Of a stretch of DNA of 64,000 bases, positions 54,970-64,000 are shown in pieces. Positions within the stretch are counted from its first letter, which is position 1. Each line of letters begins with the position of its first letter. This stretch comes from Octopus sinensis. Taxonomy: Eukaryota. Below the pieces are notes generated by a model. It was not told the DNA's origin. It did no database searches and worked only from the letters and a program-made list of their open reading frames with translations. The stretch covers positions 38,936,001 to 39,000,000 of the forward strand of contig NC_043005.1 of NCBI RefSeq assembly GCF_006345805.1, in the 5' to 3' direction. A program made the translations under genes and the position numbers.

Positions 54970-56088
54970 GTTCACAAACGTTACAACAGGAAGTACAGAG
55001 TGGGTTCCATTTTAAACGATGGTAGTAACTAATAACAAAGGGAAAAAAAGCGATAAAACATTAGCTACATGAAGACCCGTTACCACCTGCCTAATTTCAG
55101 TACCGCTACATCAATGGGCATTAGAAATATGAGAGGTGTTTTCCTTCAAACCCTGTATATATCGTGGAAGGAGAAAGAGACAGAGAGAAATGAACCTGTG
55201 TGGTATAGAGATAAGCTAAACTAATATCAAATATTTAGCTGAAGATAAGTAAGCTTGTAGGGGCTTTACGCTCAGCTGGTGGCTTAGAAATATCATTTTC
55301 AGGTATCTTGCAATGATCGAAAAACTAACATAGAAAAGAACGAGTATGGATCCTTCAAGGTGGTTTTCGCCCCAATGAGACAACATTAATCCAACGGTAA
55401 CGATAAAATAAAATAAACTGATATAACTGCGCATTATTTAATAAAACAATTTCAAATCCTTGAATTAATAAACTACCAGAGAACGTATGTGATTAACTGC
55501 TTATATTTAGTTCTGATTATTTATTTGTTTCTATTTTTCTTGTGCGTCTCTCTCTTTTTTTTTTTTTTTTGAAATTTTTGTTGTGGTTTTTGTTTTAATT
55601 CTGGTGCAACGTGCAAAACCACAATTATACGGAAAGGCTATGTGATAAATAACTTTTATCTTTGCTAGACAAAGATTGTCAATTGAAGCACAAAAGTAGG
55701 TTTTATCACGATGTGTTGGCTATATATTCATGTAACTTGATAGCGCTTCCCGGCAAATATTCGGACAATGAAAGAAAGAAAGTAAAAAAAGAAAGAAAGA
55801 AAGAAAGAAGATTAAATAAAGAAGATAAGAAACGAAGTACAGAAAGAAAGAAAGAAAGAAATGGAAGTATAAAATTGATGTGGTGATAGTTTGAGATGGT
55901 ATGGTGAATATTTATACGATATCTTCTAGCCACACGAGATGTAGAATGTCAAACAAACATCGTTTAGCAAGGCAACTGGAATGGCGCATTATGTAAACAA
56001 AAACCAAACGAATTCTGAGGGAGGTTGTACGGGGAAGAACTGAAGACGTTCAAACAGTCCAAGGAAATGATAACCTACACATATACAT

Positions 56089-56158
<70 letters not shown>

Positions 56159-56425
56159 ATATGTATATATATATATATATATAAGCGCTCATAGAGATTT
56201 AAAGATATGCTCTGACACAAAGACACCCAAAATACACACTTAGGCAGACACACACACACATACATACACAAACAGACACACATGCACGTATATAAATATA
56301 TATGTATGCGTGTGTGTGTATGTACGCATATGCACACACAAACGTATATATATATATACACATACATAAACACACATATATTGTGACACATACAGACACA
56401 AAAGCTCACAAAACCCATATGTATA

Positions 56426-56463
<38 letters not shown>

Positions 56464-56860
56464 GAGAGAGAAAGATATTTTTATTAAGATATGAAAGCGA
56501 AGCGGTGAATTTAAGCAAAGGTTAGGTGTCCTGTTAAATGAAACTGACTTAAAGTCTGTGGCTGTTGTGTTCAAAAGCCCGCAGGGGAATTATATAATAA
56601 CCCTTCGTCTCTTCAAGAAAATTTGAAAAGTGCACCTGTGATTGGTACCAGCTGAAGATAAGGGGATTGACGTGTCAGTTTCAGAATGTCAAATAAACCG
56701 AATAATGGTGAGTACAGTGTTGAAATTTGCGGTTTCGAGCTCGCATACTCACTCTCATATTTGTTTAATGATACACATGAAGTGGGTCTTATGTAAGGTT
56801 TTCTACATTAGTAGTCTTTATGACTAACTGCAAGAGAATAAGCGATATGCATGCATACTT

Positions 56861-56955
<95 letters not shown>

Positions 56956-57403
56956 CAGGGTTGGACAAATTAAAGGAAACACCTAGCATCATAGCATCAT
57001 AATTTTGAAATATATATAAAGCCGTCAAGAGCTTGTTATTTATTTTGATGTTTTTTAAATTTATTTTTAGTGTTGTTTAATATGTTTTGCTACAATTGCT
57101 GTTTCTTTTCAGGTATGATCAGAAAAAGGTTAATTAAAATTCATTAAAACGACAGATCTATCGGACTTTCACAGAGGACAACGTGTCGGTGCTCGAATGG
57201 CAGGCGGTAGCATAAACATTACAGTACACAATTATTATTGCCAATATTCAATTACGCAGACTACTGCGGAAATATTCTATTACAAGACTTCATGCCATTA
57301 ATAAATTCTTCTTATATATTAATTAATATAGTCATCCATCCATATATATATGCATGTATGTAAATGTTAAATACATACATACATACATACATACATACAT
57401 ACA

Positions 57404-57434
<31 letters not shown>

Positions 57435-58149
57435 GATGGTTGCAAACTCGTGTTCGAGTATTGCCATCGCCCGATCGAAAATCACACATATGCGAGATGT
57501 TAGATGTATCTCGAAGTACTGTCTCGAAAGTAATGACAGCGCTTGAAAAAGAAGGAAAAACCTCCTCGTCAAAACAAAACTCCAGAAGAAAAGCAAAACT
57601 TTCAGATAGGGACCGTCAGTCTCTTACGCGAATTGTTAGAAAGGATCACAAAAGTACAAATCCCCAAAATTACTGCAGAGCTTAACGACCACCTCGAGAA
57701 TCCAGTTTCCACAAAAACTATTCGCCGGGAGCTGCATAAAGCTGAATTTCACGGGAGGGCTGCAATCAGAAAACCACTACTTTCAAAAACAAACGTTGCA
57801 AAGCGTTTAGAGTAGAGTAAAAACCTACAGAATTTATCCCTAGAGCAGTGGAAGAGTGTTATTTTCTCGGACGAGTCATCCTTTATCTTATTTCGGACCA
57901 CCGGCTGAGTATTAGTATGGAAACAGCCAAAAGAAGCATTTGACACAGACGGCCTTCTTCAACTTTTAAACATGGAGGAGGATCTGTGGTGATCTGAAGG
58001 GGGGTTTATGTTGGAAATCCGGTAGCCCAATGGTTTCCCTTCATGGCAGAATTAATAGTCAGGACTATTTAAGCATTTTATCGGATCAAATTCATCCTAT
58101 GTTTGCGGAACTGTTTCCGGAGGGAAACACAGTCTTTCAGGATGAAAAT
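56956..58149 (+). mobile_element. Tc1-family transposon, left TIR + interrupted and 3'-truncated transposase
   Basis: TA|CAGGGTTGGACAAATTAAAGGAAACACC TIR; DLSDFHRGQ.VGARMAG, VSRSTVSKV (HTH), GRAAIRKPLLS, WKSVIFSDES (first D) and KHGGGSV; ends at VFQD (second D). Confidence 0.9.
57214..57496 (+). other. Insertion in the Tc1 transposase gene that copies 51830-52136
   Basis: Direct alignment AAACATTACAGTACACAATTATTATTGCC...(CATA)n...ATCACACATATGCGAG at both sites, in the same orientation. Confidence 0.9.
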
Positions 58150-59978
58150 TATTAGTAGCCATCAAATCCAGAATTAGTAGAAAAGCGAAAATATCTTATC
58201 ACAAAACTGACCTACAGAGTTCTGTGTACCACCTGAGATTCGTCTGCTCGGGAGTTCCATATTTCAGCTTTTTATAGCATTCAGTGAAGCCTCTAGAAAT
58301 TTCAGCAGAAATATTTGGTGGAAACTTCCACAATACTTACATTCAAGTCTGCCACTTATTTAGTTACACACCGGCCAGTCTGATGTTCATGTTATGTTCA
58401 GGTAGGTGTTAATGTCGTTTTTGGCAATATAACTGGCCCGCAGCTCTAAATTTACTATCTGGACGAAATGCTTCGAAACGCAACAGAAATCTCGTAACCA
58501 TGTTAAAGAAACTTGCTTTTGTTCAAGGGACAATATAAAGTACCGAAAGCGAGATAGAATTCTGTGGAAAATGTGTTACGAGATAGAAGAGTCGCAATAG
58601 ATCACACTATTACAGCTGTGTAAACTCGGACACTGCAGTGTTTCAATGAGTTATGTTCACCAATGTAAGGTCATTAAAACGATCGAAGAACCAAGAAAAT
58701 ATGAAATATTGCGTTGGAATTATATTGCATAAAAAAGTAAAAGAAAGAGCAAAAAATGCAACAATTTCTGAAACTTTTATTTCAATCCTCCATACTTATA
58801 TATACTTATACAATAAATATATTACGATATAAAATAAATTAATGTTAAGAGATATATGTAAAACGGATAGGTATATTTACACATTGACTTAGAAAAGCAG
58901 AGTCGCAGACACACACATCACACAAACATACAAACTCGCGCGCGCGTGTACAACCGCAAACAGAGTAACAACCGCAAACAGAAATAGATATATGCGTAAT
59001 TATAAGTGTAGAGATGACACGTAAGTATGGAGACATTTTAACATATCAAACATATTTACTACTTATAAGCATACATACATACATAAACGCAACCAACATC
59101 CATACAATCAAAGATATAGACGCACTCGTGCACCTAATTTATTCTTACATTCAAATAACACACATACATATTCAGACTCGCAGACCAAGAGAGAATATAA
59201 GAATAAAGCTGAACAAACTCTGGAATACTATTTTACTGTACTTTCTTCTTGTACACAATCCAAAGGAAGAACACTCCTGAAATTATCTTAAGAGATGTTG
59301 AGAGGAATGACTTAAGAAACAACACGAAAATAGGAGAGACTGTAAGGCGGTATTATACAGCCTGAGAGAGGGAGAGAGAGAGAGGGGGGAGAAAGGAAAC
59401 GTTTATAACGTTCAGTTACGTGGAAAGTATGATGGTCGATTAAACTCTTCTGTATAAGAAATAAATTCTTTTCTATAACAAAACTATCAAAAGAGCTACA
59501 AACAAATGAATGATAATTTCTTCTAACGTTTATGAGAGAATCGGATAAAAGTTTATGTAATTAAATTATGTTATGTAAAATATTCTTCAAAATATTTACT
59601 TCGGAATATTAGTGTTCATATAATAAATTATAATTAATCGTAGTTGTTAAGATTGTTTGTAAAATATTTATTTATCTATCGGCGATTTTCTTGCCTGGCA
59701 AGAGGTTTGATCTGAGACTGTGGGCTGAAACTAAAACAATACAATATGTTAAAGTCACTTAAAAATTTATTATTTGGTGTGAAAATTTTCATCAGACCAT
59801 CTAGTAACTGACACGCCCCCCCCCTCCAACTGACCTGATGTGTAGTTGTTGGTTAGTCGGTATATATATATGCATGCATGTATGTATGTATGTGTGTATT
59901 TATATATATATATATATATATCATATGTATATATATATGTATAGGCATATGTATATGGAGCTATTGATATATATATAT

Positions 59979-60285
59979 ATAGTCCAACCAAGTCAGTGAC
60001 CTGAACTGAATCAGATGATCCCATGGTTATGTCGAATAGGTTGCTATGGTTATTGCTATGGTGATTGACCCGGCACCAGAGTTTGTTTACAAAAGAAATA
60101 AAGTTTTTGCGGGCATTCAGTATTATGTTAATTTCTTGTGGGGTTAGGTTAATAAGGTTCCTAGCTAGAAGAAGAGCTTGATTTAGAAGTTTAGGAGAAA
60201 TAGAAGAGTAGTAATTATTTATGTCGAATTGTAGGAAGGAATATGAGTTTTGTGTTTTTAGAAGTTGGAATAATGTAATAACTTC
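59979..60285 (-). mobile_element. Penelope-like RT internal fragment between microsatellites
   Basis: FLQFDINNYYSSIS..LL..AL and LFDITMGSSDSVQVTDLVGLY match PLE RT motifs (FDI..FYPSI; FDVTMGS.D.A.V..LVGLY). Confidence 0.75.
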
Positions 60286-60351
60286 ACCACGCACACATAT
60301 ATAGAGATAGAGATAGAAAGAAAGAATGAATGAAAATGCACACACACACAC

Positions 60352-60386
<35 letters not shown>

Positions 60387-61436
60387 TGTATGTATGTATG
60401 TATGCATGCATGCATGTATGTATGTATGTATGTATGTATGTATGTATGCATGCATGCATGTATGTATGTATGTATGTATGTATGTATGTATGTATGTATG
60501 TATACACATATCACGCATGCATACAGGCGCAGATTTTAATTGCTTATTCGAAAGTGCATTTGCAAATACGTGAGTTCGGATTCAGTCTTATTATATGACA
60601 CCTCCGGGAAGTGCCTTCTACTACAGATGCGCTGTATCTGAGTTTTTTAATGGAATCTCTACTGACGCTTATACATGCAGTCTATTCAGATATTTAAGCA
60701 GATATATAGAGTCAGCAGCTGAGATCCAGATATTCTCATTATAGACAACACTTTGTAGCGATCAAATGATTTGAACTTATATTTCGAAATCATCACCGAT
60801 GTCTAAGACCGCAGAGTAAACAGTGGGCTATAAGTGGAATCCAGGTGAGCATAAATGGAGGTAATGATGAAAATATGTATATATCATCATCGTCGTCGTC
60901 GTCCTCCTCCTCGTGGTCGTCGTGATCATCATCATTATCTTCAGTCATTTACAGACGGAATTATAACGCCTTTCACTTTCTACCTCCAGCCTTCCTTGTC
61001 CCCCGTCAAGATATTAATTTCAGAATAAGAGTTTATAATAGTATTCTCTTTGGCTCGTCCTCGCCGCCTACTTCTTAATAGTGACCAATAAAAGATTGGA
61101 AACCGGTTAGTCCCCAATTCTGTGGTAATGCCCAGCAAAGCGTGATCTCTGCCGAATCGTGTCTGACAGCCGTGGTGGGGGGCGCTTTCCAATAGCTGTT
61201 TGTTTGTTATATACGCTCTCACACCAGCTGATGTTTAAAGCACAACAACTTCTTTCCAGACATGCCCTGAAAATTCTAGGTTTCAGTTTACTCTCCATGT
61301 TAAACCTAGACATTTTGTCTAGCTTATTTATTACAGCACTTGCCAGTAACTTGCTTTGCATTAAAATCAGCCTTGCTTTCCAAGATATGAGTCTAAATAT
61401 TTTAACTGTTGTACACACACCCGCGCGCATATATAT

Positions 61437-62731
<1,295 letters not shown>

Positions 62732-62969
62732 TGCGTTACACATAGATAGATAACAGAAAATGATACAGACGCATATACAGAAAATAAATATGAAGATATT
62801 ATGTTCTGGTGGAAAAAAATGTTTTCTGTTTTCACGATTCTTGAATGCTTCAATAAGCTATACAACGCATTGAGTGCCATGATTCACTATACACGTGTGA
62901 TAAGACATAGATATATTTATTTTGATATCTATGAAGAAATGAGCTGGTCAATAGTCTCTCACTGTCTCT

Positions 62970-64000
<1,031 letters not shown>

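Noticed and set aside
59775-59805. CTGATGA on the minus strand downstream of the PLE RT relic
   Set aside because: No GAAA or stem II; a 7-mer alone is expected by chance.

Overview
AT-rich eukaryotic genomic DNA dense in microsatellites [(TA)n, (CA)n, (TATG)n, (TCTA)n, (TAA)n]. The SINE types and repeat style suggest an octopus/cephalopod genome (inference, not verified). I find no convincing host protein-coding exon; the window reads as intronic or intergenic, and nearly all ORFs in the track are microsatellite artefacts. The recognisable coding sequence is transposon-derived: Penelope-like elements (one RT + GIY-YIG copy, two RT relics), two CR1-group LINEs, two RTE LINEs, an R4/Dong-type element sitting inside a (TAA)n tract, a Tc1 element, mariner relics, and nine tRNA-derived SINE copies from several families. 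Most interesting observations: (i) several unrelated minimal type-I hammerhead ribozyme motifs, the best one inside a perfect 201-bp palindrome; (ii) four fold-back inverted repeats that all start at the edge of a (TA)n tract; (iii) a SINE/LINE pair sharing a 3' tail with a covarying stem-loop; (iv) a ~280-bp locally templated insertion inside the Tc1 transposase gene; (v) an unclassified ~560-bp structured repeat family. All calls come from reading and hand-translating the sequence; no searches were run.
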